A DNA stretch of 64,000 nt. It comes from an uncultured Actinomycetes bacterium (lineage in GTDB: Bacteria; Actinomycetota; Thermoleophilia; RBG-16-64-13). A program made the position numbers and the translations under genes. Below the pieces are notes generated by a model. That model was not told the DNA's origin. It did no database searches and was given only the letters and a program-made list of their open reading frames with translations. The stretch lies in contig CAVQME010000003.1 of assembly GCA_963713545.1 (NCBI GenBank), positions 6,446 through 70,445 of the forward strand, read 5' to 3'. Positions 10,432 to 20,046 of this stretch are shown here, piece after piece (the first letter of the stretch is position 1; the number at the start of each line of letters is the position of its first letter).

Positions 10432-11336
10432 CCCGCCTCCTCCCCCAGCTCGTGTCGAAGCGTGAGGAGAGCTGTGGTCGCCTCTTGCTTCATGTCCTCA
10501 TCGATCAAGTGAAGACTGAACCGGGCCCTCTCGTACAGTCGGGTGAGAGCCTCGGCCGGCGAGCGGCTGACACGGACCGCGCTCGTCCAGCGGGCCAGAT
10601 ACTCAAGGGGAGCCTCAGACGGTCTCCGGGCCAGCCCGTGCCGCGACAATGCCTGTTCCATGCACGCATAAGCGCCGATGACGGCTTTCCGTGGGTCGGG
10701 ATCGTCTTCCAGTTCCTCCAGGGATGCTTCGACCGCAGCCAACAGCTCTTCGCGCTCTGACGGTGCGCTCTCAGCTTCGGTCTCAAGGCGACGGCGACGA
10801 CGGCGCCACATGATTGTCAGCAGCAGGCCGGTCAGTCCGAACAGCGCCAGCCCCAAGAGGATCCACCAGTGGATGACGAAGGTCTGGCCTGTGGACCGAT
10901 CACTTCCCAGAGGGGGCAGGCTGATCGGCGGAGTGAAGCCGAGCGGGGTCGTCGGGCCATCACCTTCGTTCCGAGCGGCGACCCCGATGAACAGCGCAAA
11001 CAGCATCAGCGCTGCGAGGCTGGCAAGAAGCCTCTGACCCCAGGAACTGGGAGCACGCTCCTCGTCTTCGTCAACTCCTGATCTCCGCTTGCGGAGATGC
11101 GACACCCATACGTAGACCAGCAGGCAAAACTCCGCGACCAGGACTGTGCCCAGGATCACGAGGAGATCACCAAGGACAACGCGGGCATCGAGCAACGTGC
11201 GAGAGGGAGAAACGTTCGCGAACGACCTGCGACTGCCGAGCGCTACCAGGAAGACCAGGGTGGCAACGAGGACTGTCAACCACGCCTGCCTCGACACAGA
11301 AGATCCACGAGGTCCCGGCTGAGCGGTCCGTGACAC
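10428..11336 (-). CDS. DUF4129 domain membrane protein
   Basis: C-terminal DPRKAVIGAYACME...RRPSEAPLEYL...LTRLYERARFS; GTG at 11336 with AGGAGG. Confidence 0.85.
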   Translation of the reverse strand: MSRTAQPGPRGSSVSRQAWLTVLVATLVFLVALGSRRSFANVSPSRTLLDARVVLGDLLVILGTVLVAEFCLLVYVWVSHLRKRRSGVDEDEERAPSSWGQRLLASLAALMLFALFIGVAARNEGDGPTTPLGFTPPISLPPLGSDRSTGQTFVIHWWILLGLALFGLTGLLLTIMWRRRRRRLETEAESAPSEREELLAAVEASLEELEDDPDPRKAVIGAYACMEQALSRHGLARRPSEAPLEYLARWTSAVRVSRSPAEALTRLYERARFSLHLIDEDMKQEATTALLTLRHELGEEAG

Positions 11337-11548
11337 TGCCTGCAAACCTCCTGGTCCGGCGTATGTTGTCGACGCCTCTACTGACCGGCTCCGAGAGACC
11401 ACCACCACAATGGGACAAAACGGTGCCCCTGTCCAGAGGGTCGTGCTTGCCGTGACCGACGCTCTCGTTCCAGGACGCGAGGACCCTGTATAATCCCCGG
11501 TCCTACCGGCACCGCCGGCTACCGAGAGAAAGGTCCCCGAGCTCGAAC

Positions 11549-13390
11549 ATGTCGCTTTCGGCTGCACACATACGGAACGTGGCGATCATCGCCCACATCG
11601 ACCACGGCAAGACGACACTGATCGACTCGATCTTTCGGGCCGCGCACGTCTTTCGCGAGAACGCGCGCGTGGAGGAGCGGGTGATGGACTCTTACGATCT
11701 GGAGCGCGAGCGCGGTATCACGATCCGCTCAAAGCACTGCACGGTGGACTGGAAGGGGTACCGCATCAACCTGGTCGATACCCCGGGCCACGCCGATTTC
11801 TCGGGCGAGGTGGAGCGAGTGCTGTCGATGGTCGACTCGGTGCTCCTGCTGGTCGACGCCAACGAAGGCCCGATGCCGCAGACCCGCTATGTGCTCAGCC
11901 GCTCGCTGCGCCTTGGTTACCGCCCCATCGTTATCGTGAACAAGGTAGACCGCCCTCATGCCGATCCCCAGCGCGCCCTCGAGGAGACGTTCGACCTCTT
12001 CCTCGAGCTCGGCGCCACCGACGAGCAGGCGGACTTCCCCGTGCTCTATGGCTCGGGGCTCGACGGTTGGTTGGTCAAGGATCTTGAAGGCGCCCGCAGG
12101 GAGGGCATGGACGACCTTTTCGAGGCCGTCATAGAGAGCGTCCCCGCGCCTCACGTCGACCGGAGCAAACCTTTTCGTATGCAGGTGTCGACGCTGGCTT
12201 GGAGCGACTACCTCGGGCGCATCGGCTGCGGTCGCGCTCTCTCGGGCACCCACCGGCTCGGAGAGGAGATCGTCGTGACGAGCCCGTCGTTGGACACCGT
12301 CGTGACTCGCAGTTCGCGTCTTTTCGCCACCCGTGGCTTGGAGCGCGCGGAGGTGGCGGAGATCGGCGCCGGCGACATCGTCTGGATCGTGGGGCCCGAA
12401 GAACTGCACATCGGCGACACCATCAGCTCTCCAGAATTCATCGATCCTGCCCTGCCGCCGCTCGAGATCGAGGAGCCGACGGTATCCATGTTCTTCCTGG
12501 TCAATACCGGTCCGTTCGCCGGCGAAGAAGGTAGGGCGGTGACACTCCGCCAGATCAAGGACCGCCTGGAGCGCGAGGCCAGGGTGAATGTCGCGCTTCG
12601 TGTGGAGGACCTGGGCCGGTCCGACGGGGTGAAGGTGTCGGGACGGGGAGAGCTTCACCTGGCCATCCTCATCGAGGAGATGCGGCGGGAGGGGGTCGAG
12701 CTGTGCGTCTCGAAGCCCGAGGTCATCACGCGCCGGAACGCGGACGGCGACCTTCTCGAGCCCTACGAGGACCTCGTCGTCGAGGTGCCCGAGGAGTTCC
12801 AGGGTGTGGTCATTGAGACACTTGCCCGGCGCAAGGGTGAGCTTATAGGGATGCACGCAGGAGGCACGGGCGTCGTTCGGCTCGACTTCGCCATCCCTAC
12901 CCGCGGCCTGATCGGCTACCGCACGGAGTTCCTGACCGAAACGAGAGGCAACGGCGTGATGAGCTCGCAGGTCAGCGGCTATCGGCCGTGGGCCGGAGAG
13001 GTGGTGGCGCGCGACCGCGGCTCGCTCATCAGCATCGAGGCAGGCATCGCTACCGGCTACCAGCTGGAGAGCCTGCAGGCTCGCGGCACGCTCTTCATCT
13101 CGCCCGGCGATCGCGTTTACAAAGGCATGATCGTGGGCGAGCACTCCCGGCCGGAGGATCTGGTCTGCAACCCGACCAAGACCAAGAAGCTGGGCAACTA
13201 CCGCTCCGAAACGAAGGACATCGACGTGGGCCTCAAGGTCCCGCGCAAGCCGAGCCTCGACCAGGCCTTGGAGTGGATAGCCGGGGACGAGCTGGTGGAG
13301 GCCACTCCCGGCTCGGTTCGTCTCCGCAAGGCCGTTCTGGACGCTGAACAGCGCAAGCGTGAGAATCGCCGGGCGGCAGATGACCGATGA
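11549..13390 (+). CDS. typA: Translational GTPase TypA/BipA
   Basis: [57 protein letters not shown]. Confidence 0.95.
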   Translation: MSLSAAHIRNVAIIAHIDHGKTTLIDSIFRAAHVFRENARVEERVMDSYDLERERGITIRSKHCTVDWKGYRINLVDTPGHADFSGEVERVLSMVDSVLLLVDANEGPMPQTRYVLSRSLRLGYRPIVIVNKVDRPHADPQRALEETFDLFLELGATDEQADFPVLYGSGLDGWLVKDLEGARREGMDDLFEAVIESVPAPHVDRSKPFRMQVSTLAWSDYLGRIGCGRALSGTHRLGEEIVVTSPSLDTVVTRSSRLFATRGLERAEVAEIGAGDIVWIVGPEELHIGDTISSPEFIDPALPPLEIEEPTVSMFFLVNTGPFAGEEGRAVTLRQIKDRLEREARVNVALRVEDLGRSDGVKVSGRGELHLAILIEEMRREGVELCVSKPEVITRRNADGDLLEPYEDLVVEVPEEFQGVVIETLARRKGELIGMHAGGTGVVRLDFAIPTRGLIGYRTEFLTETRGNGVMSSQVSGYRPWAGEVVARDRGSLISIEAGIATGYQLESLQARGTLFISPGDRVYKGMIVGEHSRPEDLVCNPTKTKKLGNYRSETKDIDVGLKVPRKPSLDQALEWIAGDELVEATPGSVRLRKAVLDAEQRKRENRRAADDR

Positions 13391-13558
13391 GGAGAGGGAG
13401 GCACTGACCGCCTTGGCGACTTCTCGTGGGGCCGTTCTTTTGTACCCTGAAGTGCCCGCGTAAACAGCATGCTACGATTTCAGGTGTCGCGAGACAGTGC
13501 GGGCATCGCCTATTCTTGAACCAGGGCAGCGCGGTAGTCGTATGGGGGACAAAGGTCA

Positions 13559-13906
13559 ATGAGAGTGAAGCAATATCTGTTGTATTTGTTGCGCTGGCAG
13601 TGCTCTACTCCCATATTAGCCCTTGTGATATGGCTTCTGCCGTTTGGCTCCATCTCAGAAGCGATCATAGCTAATCTGATAGGTGGACTTATATTTTATT
13701 GGATAGATAGACGGATATTCGGACAAGTGAACTTGTATATTTGGTGGGAGAAGAAATCGGGGACCTGTGTGGACTGTGGCAAAGAAGCCACTGTGATGCG
13801 AGTGATCAAGGCGGGAAAGTACAACAAGGAAGATGACCCTTCGCCGCAGTACAGGTGCAAGGAATGTGCCAACAAGAAGCTACAAGAGGTGCTAGAACGG
13901 GCCTAG
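13559..13906 (+). CDS. Small hypothetical protein: two TM helices + C-terminal CxxC...CxxC Zn-finger; AT-rich
   Basis: Hydrophobic N-half, CVDC and CKEC; base composition visibly lower in GC than flanks. Confidence 0.75.
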   Translation: MRVKQYLLYLLRWQCSTPILALVIWLLPFGSISEAIIANLIGGLIFYWIDRRIFGQVNLYIWWEKKSGTCVDCGKEATVMRVIKAGKYNKEDDPSPQYRCKECANKKLQEVLERA

Positions 13907-14049
13907 AGTAGGCAGCCCCCTCACCTGGCGTCACGGCTGAAGACGGCTCTCTCGGACGTCTGCTCCGGAGGCTGGCTGGTTCAAGTCCTGACCCAATAAT
14001 CTTGGGCGCGGGGGCTGGAATGTGTCGAACTAAAAGAATGCTCGCGCGC

Positions 14050-14076
14050 TAAAGCCATCCTTGAGAACGCCGATAC
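14050..14076 (+). promoter_or_regulatory. Sigma-28 (FliA/SigD/WhiG)-type promoter
   Basis: TAAA-N15-GCCGATAC versus consensus TAAA-N15-GCCGATAA, 70 nt upstream of the pilin start. Confidence 0.75.
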
Positions 14077-14146
14077 GTGAACCAACGGCCACAGAGGCCG
14101 ACTAGCCGCGAAGGTTCGTGGGATCGATCGGCTAAACAAGGCGGAA

Positions 14147-14608
14147 ATGATGCTGGGTGTGGATCGCACGCGGATAAAGGGCAGAGAAGGCTTCAGTCTG
14201 ATCGAGCTACTGGTGGTGATCGCGATCGTCGCCATCCTTGCAGCGATCTCGGTCCCGGTCTACCTCGGCCAGCGCGAGAAGGCTGAAGACTCGGCTGCCA
14301 AGTCCGCGGTCCGTCAGGCCATGATGGCCGTCGAATCGATGTATGCCGACACCCGCGACTTCACGGCGATCGGGGACGTGGATCTGATGGGCATCGAGCC
14401 GTCAATCGTCTTCATTGAAGCTGCGAATGCCGCGACGGCTCCGACGGCCGACTCGGGAGTGAACCAGGTGAACTGGCAGGGCACCGATGCAAGCACTTAC
14501 GAGGTCGGAAGTGTTTCGCGATCCGGCAAGACGTTCGGCGTGGTGGTCGAGAAGGATGCAGCCGGCGGCAACACCTTCTACGTCGACGGAGCGGTCAAAG
14601 GCTGGTAG
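14147..14608 (+). CDS. Type IV pilin-like protein
   Basis: Class III signal peptide G|FSLIELLVVIAIVAILAAISVPVY. Confidence 0.92.
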   Translation: MMLGVDRTRIKGREGFSLIELLVVIAIVAILAAISVPVYLGQREKAEDSAAKSAVRQAMMAVESMYADTRDFTAIGDVDLMGIEPSIVFIEAANAATAPTADSGVNQVNWQGTDASTYEVGSVSRSGKTFGVVVEKDAAGGNTFYVDGAVKGW

Positions 14609-14615
14609 ACACGGA

Positions 14616-14640
14616 GGGCCCCGGCCGTCGGCCGGGGCCC
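14616..14640. terminator. GC-rich hairpin between convergent genes
   Basis: GGGCCCCGGCC-gtc-GGCCGGGGCCC perfect 11-bp stem; no U-tract. Confidence 0.55.
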
Positions 14641-14741
14641 CGACTTACAGCTTCGCTGGAGCATGTGATCTACCGATAGATCCTGTCCTCAGCCACGTAC
14701 TTGGGCGGGCCCCACCGGTATGGATGACGTGGTTGCCTTTC

Positions 14742-15296
14742 TCAGTCGACGTAGTTGACGGCACCCTTCGGCTCGCGCTCGCTCGCTCGGAACTTGGTCT
14801 CATCGGCGATGTAGCCGAAGACGACCGCGCATTGGACTCTGTAATCATCAGGTATGCCGACCTCTTGCGCCAGAGCCTTGTTCTGCTCCGCGTTCAGCGT
14901 GAAGGACGGCGTTAGAAGGAAGCACGATCCCAGTCCCAGTTCGGTTGCCTGGAGCAGCATGTTTTCGGCAGCCGTGGCCACGTTGAAGTGGTTGAGAGGG
15001 TAGTCGGCCGGCGCGGACAGAGCGATCAGCGCCGGGGCGCCGTAGAGCGGCCGGTATCCGGGCAAAGACGCCCTGCTGATCAAGAAATCGTCGCCCGAGG
15101 CGAGCATGGCCTGATAGGTCGCCTCGTCCAGCCGCCCGAGCAGGTCCGCGTTGCGGATGACCGACATGTTGAAGTCTCCGTGGTTGGGAGCCCACCGGCC
15201 GGCCTCGACTATCTTAGCCACGTTCTCGGCCGGCACCTTCTTGTCCAGGTACGACCGGATACTTTTCCTCTGCGCGATCACTTCCTCGACGGTCAT
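14742..15296 (-). CDS. Nitroreductase family protein
   Basis: RKSIRSY, AGRWAPN, AAENMLLQATELGLGSC. Confidence 0.9.
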   Translation of the reverse strand: MTVEEVIAQRKSIRSYLDKKVPAENVAKIVEAGRWAPNHGDFNMSVIRNADLLGRLDEATYQAMLASGDDFLISRASLPGYRPLYGAPALIALSAPADYPLNHFNVATAAENMLLQATELGLGSCFLLTPSFTLNAEQNKALAQEVGIPDDYRVQCAVVFGYIADETKFRASEREPKGAVNYVD

Positions 15297-15392
15297 GTTC
15301 GTCTCCCTGTTCGGCGGTTTGCCTGCTCTTGAACTCTCGAGACTATAGCGCGGAAGGGCGGCCGCGGAGTGGCGATGCACACGGCAGCTGCC

Positions 15393-15875
15393 TCACGCGG
15401 CCGGCTGGAGTGTCTTCACAATCCCGGCCAGGTCGTAGCCCACGTCGGCAACGGATCCGAGCAGCCGGGTGTAAAGTGCCTCGTCCATCTGGGGAGTGCG
15501 GCTAAGGATCCACAGATACTTCCGGCTCGGATGGCCTACGACGGCCCACTGGTATTCCTCGTCGAGCCCGATGATCCAATACGCGCCCCAGAACGGCCAG
15601 AAGAAGGTGACCTTGAGCTTGGAGTTGGTGGCCTTGTCGACGACCCGGGCCTTGCCACGCGCCTGGCGGAGCTTGCCGTCCAGTGTGCCCTCAAGGCAGG
15701 TGTTGACGACCTGGATGTCCCCCTTCTTGCGAAGCGTGTATTCTGCCGTCACCCCAACGCAGCCCTTCTGAAAACGCTGGGGGATGGTGGCGATCTCGTA
15801 CCACTTCCCGAGGTACCTCTGTAGGTCGACGTAGGCTACGGCCTCGAGCGGCTTCTTCGCTGCGGTATCCTTCAT
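15393..15875 (-). CDS. blc: Bacterial lipocalin (Blc-like), no signal peptide
   Basis: VDLQRYLGKWYEIA, KLKVTFFWPF, YLWILSRTP. Confidence 0.9.
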   Translation of the reverse strand: MKDTAAKKPLEAVAYVDLQRYLGKWYEIATIPQRFQKGCVGVTAEYTLRKKGDIQVVNTCLEGTLDGKLRQARGKARVVDKATNSKLKVTFFWPFWGAYWIIGLDEEYQWAVVGHPSRKYLWILSRTPQMDEALYTRLLGSVADVGYDLAGIVKTLQPAA

Positions 15876-15879
15876 AGCC

Positions 15880-16710
15880 CTACGCTTTCCAGAGTACGAT
15901 GTCGCCCAGGTTCTGGTCTTTCTGGGTGGCGTCGATGGGACCCAGCTTCTGGGTCAAGTAGCCCGCTTTCTCGATGGTCAGGGTGTAGGTGCCGTCCGCA
16001 AGGCCCTTCAGCCAGAAGTCGCCGTAGTTGTCGGTTACGGTAGAGACCGTCTCCCCCGTCTCCCGGTTCTTCGCGGTGACCGTGGCCCCTTCGGTGCACT
16101 CGTCGGCTTCGGAGTCGTAGACGGCGCCGGCTATCCACTTCTTAGGTAGGTTGAGGTAGTAGACCCGGGGACGGGTGGGGAGTTCGGGCTTTAAGAGCTC
16201 GGCTTTAGCGAGGAGGTCCTTTATCTTGGGATCGTCTTCCTCCCCGAAGGTGAAGGCCCCGGTGGGGCAGGCGTCCGAACAGCGGGTCTCGGTCCAGCCC
16301 TGGTCTAAGAGATGGGCGCAGAAGGTGCACTTCTGGGCGATGTTCAAGTCGTCGTTAAAGTAGATGACGTTCTCATAGGGGCAGGCTTCCAGACAGAGCT
16401 GGTTACCCCGGCACTCGTGCGGGTCGATGATGACGATGCCGTCGGGGCGGCGGTAGATGGCCCCGGCCGGGCAGGCTTCGATACAGGGGGCCTCCTCGCA
16501 GTGCTGGCAGATGGTGTGGTGGTAGGTCACCTGCACTTTGGGCACCGTGCCCCGTTCTAGGTTGATCACCTTGTTCCAGAACTGGCCGGTATCCGGTTGG
16601 GGTTTGGCGATGGGGGTCCAGTCGTTGGCCACGTGCTCGTCTTTACAGCTCACTTGGCAGTTGTGGCAGCCGTTACAGATGGCGAGATCGATGACGAGGA
16701 CCTTGCCCAT
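15880..16710 (-). CDS. 4Fe-4S beta subunit of Mo enzyme, pyrogallol transhydroxylase beta-like, with C-terminal beta-sandwich domain
   Basis: CNGCHNC..C, CQHCEEAPC..C, KCTFCAH, TRPRVYY, TDNYGDF; ATG overlaps alpha-subunit stop. Confidence 0.88.
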   Translation of the reverse strand: MGKVLVIDLAICNGCHNCQVSCKDEHVANDWTPIAKPQPDTGQFWNKVINLERGTVPKVQVTYHHTICQHCEEAPCIEACPAGAIYRRPDGIVIIDPHECRGNQLCLEACPYENVIYFNDDLNIAQKCTFCAHLLDQGWTETRCSDACPTGAFTFGEEDDPKIKDLLAKAELLKPELPTRPRVYYLNLPKKWIAGAVYDSEADECTEGATVTAKNRETGETVSTVTDNYGDFWLKGLADGTYTLTIEKAGYLTQKLGPIDATQKDQNLGDIVLWKA

Positions 16711-19340
16711 CACTCCACCCCCTCCATCATCACGCCCGCGAGACAGGGACCAGCAGTCGGGTGGCACTCACGCTCGAACGCTTCCGGGTATTTGCGTCTC
16801 ATCTCTTCCAGGTCCGTCTTCTCCACTTCCACCAGGAAGCCGGAGACGGCCATCCCCACCGTGTTCTTGGAGGTCGTGTTGCGGGGCACGATGGTGTTGA
16901 TCACCCCGCCCCGGTCGATCTCGCCCGGCACGATCGGGTCGTATTTGGCCCCGTGGTCGATCCCGACCGCGCCCGGAATGATCCGCTCGGTGACGTAGGC
17001 TCCCGCGAGGACCGTGCCCCGCTCGTTGAAGATGCTGACCACGTCTCCATGCTTTATGCCCCGCGACTTGGCGTCCACCGGGCTCATCCACAGGGGATGG
17101 TACTGATACCCGTCCGGCCCCTTGACCTTGCACGTATCGATCTCCCGGAACCAGGTGATGTCGTCGTGCTGGGAGTGCACTCCCCAGCGGGGGTGGTTGC
17201 TCATCACGAGCAGCGGATACTTCTTGCTCCTCTCCGTCCCGATGGTCTCCTGGTGGGATTCACCCTCCGGGATCCACTTGGGCACCGGCGGCCGCTCCTC
17301 GTCATCGGGGAAGTGCTCGGCAAGACCGGTGGCGTAGAACTCCAGCTTGCCGGTCGGCGTCGAGAGCGGGTGCTTCTCCGGATCCTCGTAGAACTCGATG
17401 AGGCCGGCCGGGATCTTCTCCCAGTCCGGGTCGGTGGGGATCACGTAGTAGCCCTTCTCGTTCAGTTCCTCCCAGCTGATCTTGTCCGCGGACCCGGAGT
17501 GTTCCCAGCCCAGCTTGATGATCTCGGGGATGGTCAGTCCACCGGTGTACTCCTCCAGCATCCCCAGGCGTTCGGCGATCTTGCAGACGACCTCGTAGTC
17601 GCTGCACGACTCGCCCAACGACTCCATGCAGGGGGGCTCGGGGAAGAGCATGTCCATCTGCCCGCTGAAGATGTCGCTGCCGATGTCGTCCTCTTCCAAC
17701 TTGGTGTCGACCGGTAGTATGACGTCAGCGAACAGAGCGTCGTTCTCGATCCACGGGTGCTGGCAGAAGATGAACTCGATGTCGGGGTGACGCAGGGCCC
17801 GGATGAACATGTTTCCGTCGTTCCAGCAGGTGATCCAGGAGGGCGAGTCGGTCCAGATCATATGGATCTTGGAGGCGCCGTCGGCCGGGTACTTGTACTG
17901 GATGAACTGGTCCTCTCGGTCGCTGCGCATGCCGTATTTGTTGCCGTACCAGGTGCCCTGGCCGTCGAGGATCAGCTTGGGCACGAGCGTCTTGGGGATG
18001 AGGGAGTCGCGGCCGTACTCAGACGGCATGTCGCCCCGGTAGGCGGCATACAGGTCGGTGATCACCGTCGGCTTGGGTGCCGCCTGGTTCTCCGGGTCGG
18101 CAGCGAGGGCCCACTCGATCATCTTGGCCTGGTTGCAGCCGGGCTTGCCCAGCCCCTGCATGGCCAGACACAGCACCTGCAGCCGGGCTGGCTCCGTGGA
18201 ATAGGGCCCGCGGATGCCGGGCCCCCCATTGCCGATGACGACGGTGGTGCGCTTGGATGCCCATTCGTCGGCCAGAGCCTTGATGATGCGGGTGGGCACC
18301 CCCGTGATAGGGGCCGCCCACTCGGGGCTCTTGGGCACGCCGTCTTCCTCGCCCATCACGTAGACCTCGAACTGTTCCACGCCATACGCGTGGGTCGCCA
18401 GGTAGGCTTTGTCGTAGGTGCCCCGAGTGAACCAGCGGTGGGCGATGGCCAGATAGAGAGCAGCGTCGGTGTTGGGCCGGATAGGGATCCACTTGTCCGC
18501 ATGCACTGCGCTCGCGTAGTTGCAGTCCGGCGCGATGTAGACCTGCTTGATGCCTAGCTCCGTCCACCAGTAACTCAGTCGGCTGGGAAGCTGTCCCCCC
18601 CAGCCCCAGGTGGTGGTTTCCTGGTCGCAGCCCCAGAAGAGCAGGAGTTCCGCGTTCTTAGAGATGTCATAGAGCAGGTTCTTCTGCGGCAGTTGCTGGC
18701 CGATCGGCTCGCAACCCCACACGTGCTTGGCCCCCCAGTACCAGCCCTCCCAGCTATCGGCGTTGCGGACCTGGTGGGTGTAGCCGCCGAACAGGTCGAG
18801 CAGCTTGCGGCCGCAACCATGAGGTCCGTGCACGGTCTTGTTCTCGCCGTGTTGGTCGTTCTGGTAGAGGATGGCGGTGGGGCCGTAGGTCTCCTTGACG
18901 CGCAGCATCTCACCGGTGACTATGTCAAGCGCTTCGTTCCACGAGATCCTTTCGTACTTGCTTACCCCCCGGTTCTGAATGTTGCGCCCGCCCGGGCCGA
19001 CCGAGCCTGGGGCCCCGGCCGGATCGAAATCCACCCGCTTCATCGGGTAGCGGATGCGGGCCGGGGAGAAGACCCGCTTCTTATAGGCGATGCTGTAGGG
19101 AGGGGGGAGCGTCTTGTCCCCCGGCTCGAAGGTCTTGCCCCGGGCGTGCATCACCCAGGGCTTGACCTCTTCCTTGGTGTACTTGTCGTAGAAGCGGGCG
19201 GGGCGGATGCGCAGGACCCTGCCGTCCTTGACGTCGATCATGCAGGCGTTGCCCCCCCAGGGGACCCCGATGAAACACATGTCACGGACCATGGTCCTCT
19301 CTCCGGATTCCCCCACTGGACTGTTCGTCGATTCCTGCAC
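16710..19340 (-). CDS. Mo/W-bisPGD (DMSO reductase family) catalytic subunit, pyrogallol transhydroxylase alpha-like, cytoplasmic
   Basis: RIRYPMKR, NADSWEGWYWG (Ser ligand), PIRPNTD, HPRWGVHSQ; no N-terminal 4Fe-4S motif or Tat signal; GTG at 19340 with AAAGGAG. Confidence 0.88.
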   Translation of the reverse strand: MQESTNSPVGESGERTMVRDMCFIGVPWGGNACMIDVKDGRVLRIRPARFYDKYTKEEVKPWVMHARGKTFEPGDKTLPPPYSIAYKKRVFSPARIRYPMKRVDFDPAGAPGSVGPGGRNIQNRGVSKYERISWNEALDIVTGEMLRVKETYGPTAILYQNDQHGENKTVHGPHGCGRKLLDLFGGYTHQVRNADSWEGWYWGAKHVWGCEPIGQQLPQKNLLYDISKNAELLLFWGCDQETTTWGWGGQLPSRLSYWWTELGIKQVYIAPDCNYASAVHADKWIPIRPNTDAALYLAIAHRWFTRGTYDKAYLATHAYGVEQFEVYVMGEEDGVPKSPEWAAPITGVPTRIIKALADEWASKRTTVVIGNGGPGIRGPYSTEPARLQVLCLAMQGLGKPGCNQAKMIEWALAADPENQAAPKPTVITDLYAAYRGDMPSEYGRDSLIPKTLVPKLILDGQGTWYGNKYGMRSDREDQFIQYKYPADGASKIHMIWTDSPSWITCWNDGNMFIRALRHPDIEFIFCQHPWIENDALFADVILPVDTKLEEDDIGSDIFSGQMDMLFPEPPCMESLGESCSDYEVVCKIAERLGMLEEYTGGLTIPEIIKLGWEHSGSADKISWEELNEKGYYVIPTDPDWEKIPAGLIEFYEDPEKHPLSTPTGKLEFYATGLAEHFPDDEERPPVPKWIPEGESHQETIGTERSKKYPLLVMSNHPRWGVHSQHDDITWFREIDTCKVKGPDGYQYHPLWMSPVDAKSRGIKHGDVVSIFNERGTVLAGAYVTERIIPGAVGIDHGAKYDPIVPGEIDRGGVINTIVPRNTTSKNTVGMAVSGFLVEVEKTDLEEMRRKYPEAFERECHPTAGPCLAGVMMEGVE

Positions 19341-19606
19341 GAGTCTCTCCTTTGGATGATGGTGCCCGTGGGCGTTCCCCAATCGGCTTCGAACTTGTCC
19401 CACCATATTACAGGGCTATCCGGCCGCGCCGAAGGCCTGGGGAGCCCACGGTGGACTTCCGGCGGTGTGCTTGCGGCTGCCACCGTCACTTTCGAGTCAA
19501 AGGCTCCCCTTCTGAGGGTTGGGTCGGGCTGCTGATGGGAATAGACCTGTGTTGCGGGGCCAGCGGCCGAAGCCTCCGCTGGCCCGAAACGACAAGGAGG
19601 TCAAGG

Positions 19607-19942
19607 ATGAGCGAAGACACACCGGTTCTCGACACTATCGCCGCAATGACCGCGGCGTCGATCGAGAACACCAGCCTCGGCGATCGCGACGTGATGCTCT
19701 GCCGCATCGCGGCTCTAGCGGCAGTGGGCGCACCTGCTGTGTCATATTTGGCCAACATCGGTGCTGCCGCCGAGTCGGGGGTCACACTGGAGGACGCACG
19801 AGGCGTGCTTACGGCTGTGGCGCCGATCATCGGCGCTCCTCGGACCGTCGTTGCGGCGACCAATATCTCCAGAGCGCTGGGGTTCGTCATCCTGGCGATC
19901 GAAGAAGAGATCCTCGCGGAGCTCGAAGCAGAATCGGAGTAA
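19607..19942 (+). CDS. Carboxymuconolactone decarboxylase (CMD/AhpD-like) family small protein
   Basis: RIAALAAVGAP..SY...AVAPIIGAPR; AAGGAGG SD. Confidence 0.75.
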   Translation: MSEDTPVLDTIAAMTAASIENTSLGDRDVMLCRIAALAAVGAPAVSYLANIGAAAESGVTLEDARGVLTAVAPIIGAPRTVVAATNISRALGFVILAIEEEILAELEAESE

Positions 19943-19949
19943 GCCGCGC

Positions 19950-19990
19950 GGCCGGTTCGGTCGTCCGCCGCGGCGACGACCGAACCGGCC
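19950..19990. terminator. 16-bp hairpin between convergent genes
   Basis: GGCCGGTTCGGTCGTC / GACGACCGAACCGGCC. Confidence 0.6.
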
Positions 19991-20046
19991 TGCTGGTTGC
20001 CGGATCAGTCTCTGAGACGATCCGCGCGTTGGGCGCGAAGGGCAGC

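Noticed and set aside
11729-13144. 471-aa minus-strand ORF
   Set aside because: Antisense shadow of typA
14080-14140. c-di-GMP riboswitch upstream of pilin
   Set aside because: GEMM-type GGCAAA/GAAA/GACGCAAAG elements absent
19341-19500. Moco/Wco riboswitch upstream of the Mo enzyme
   Set aside because: Conserved motif elements not found on the minus strand
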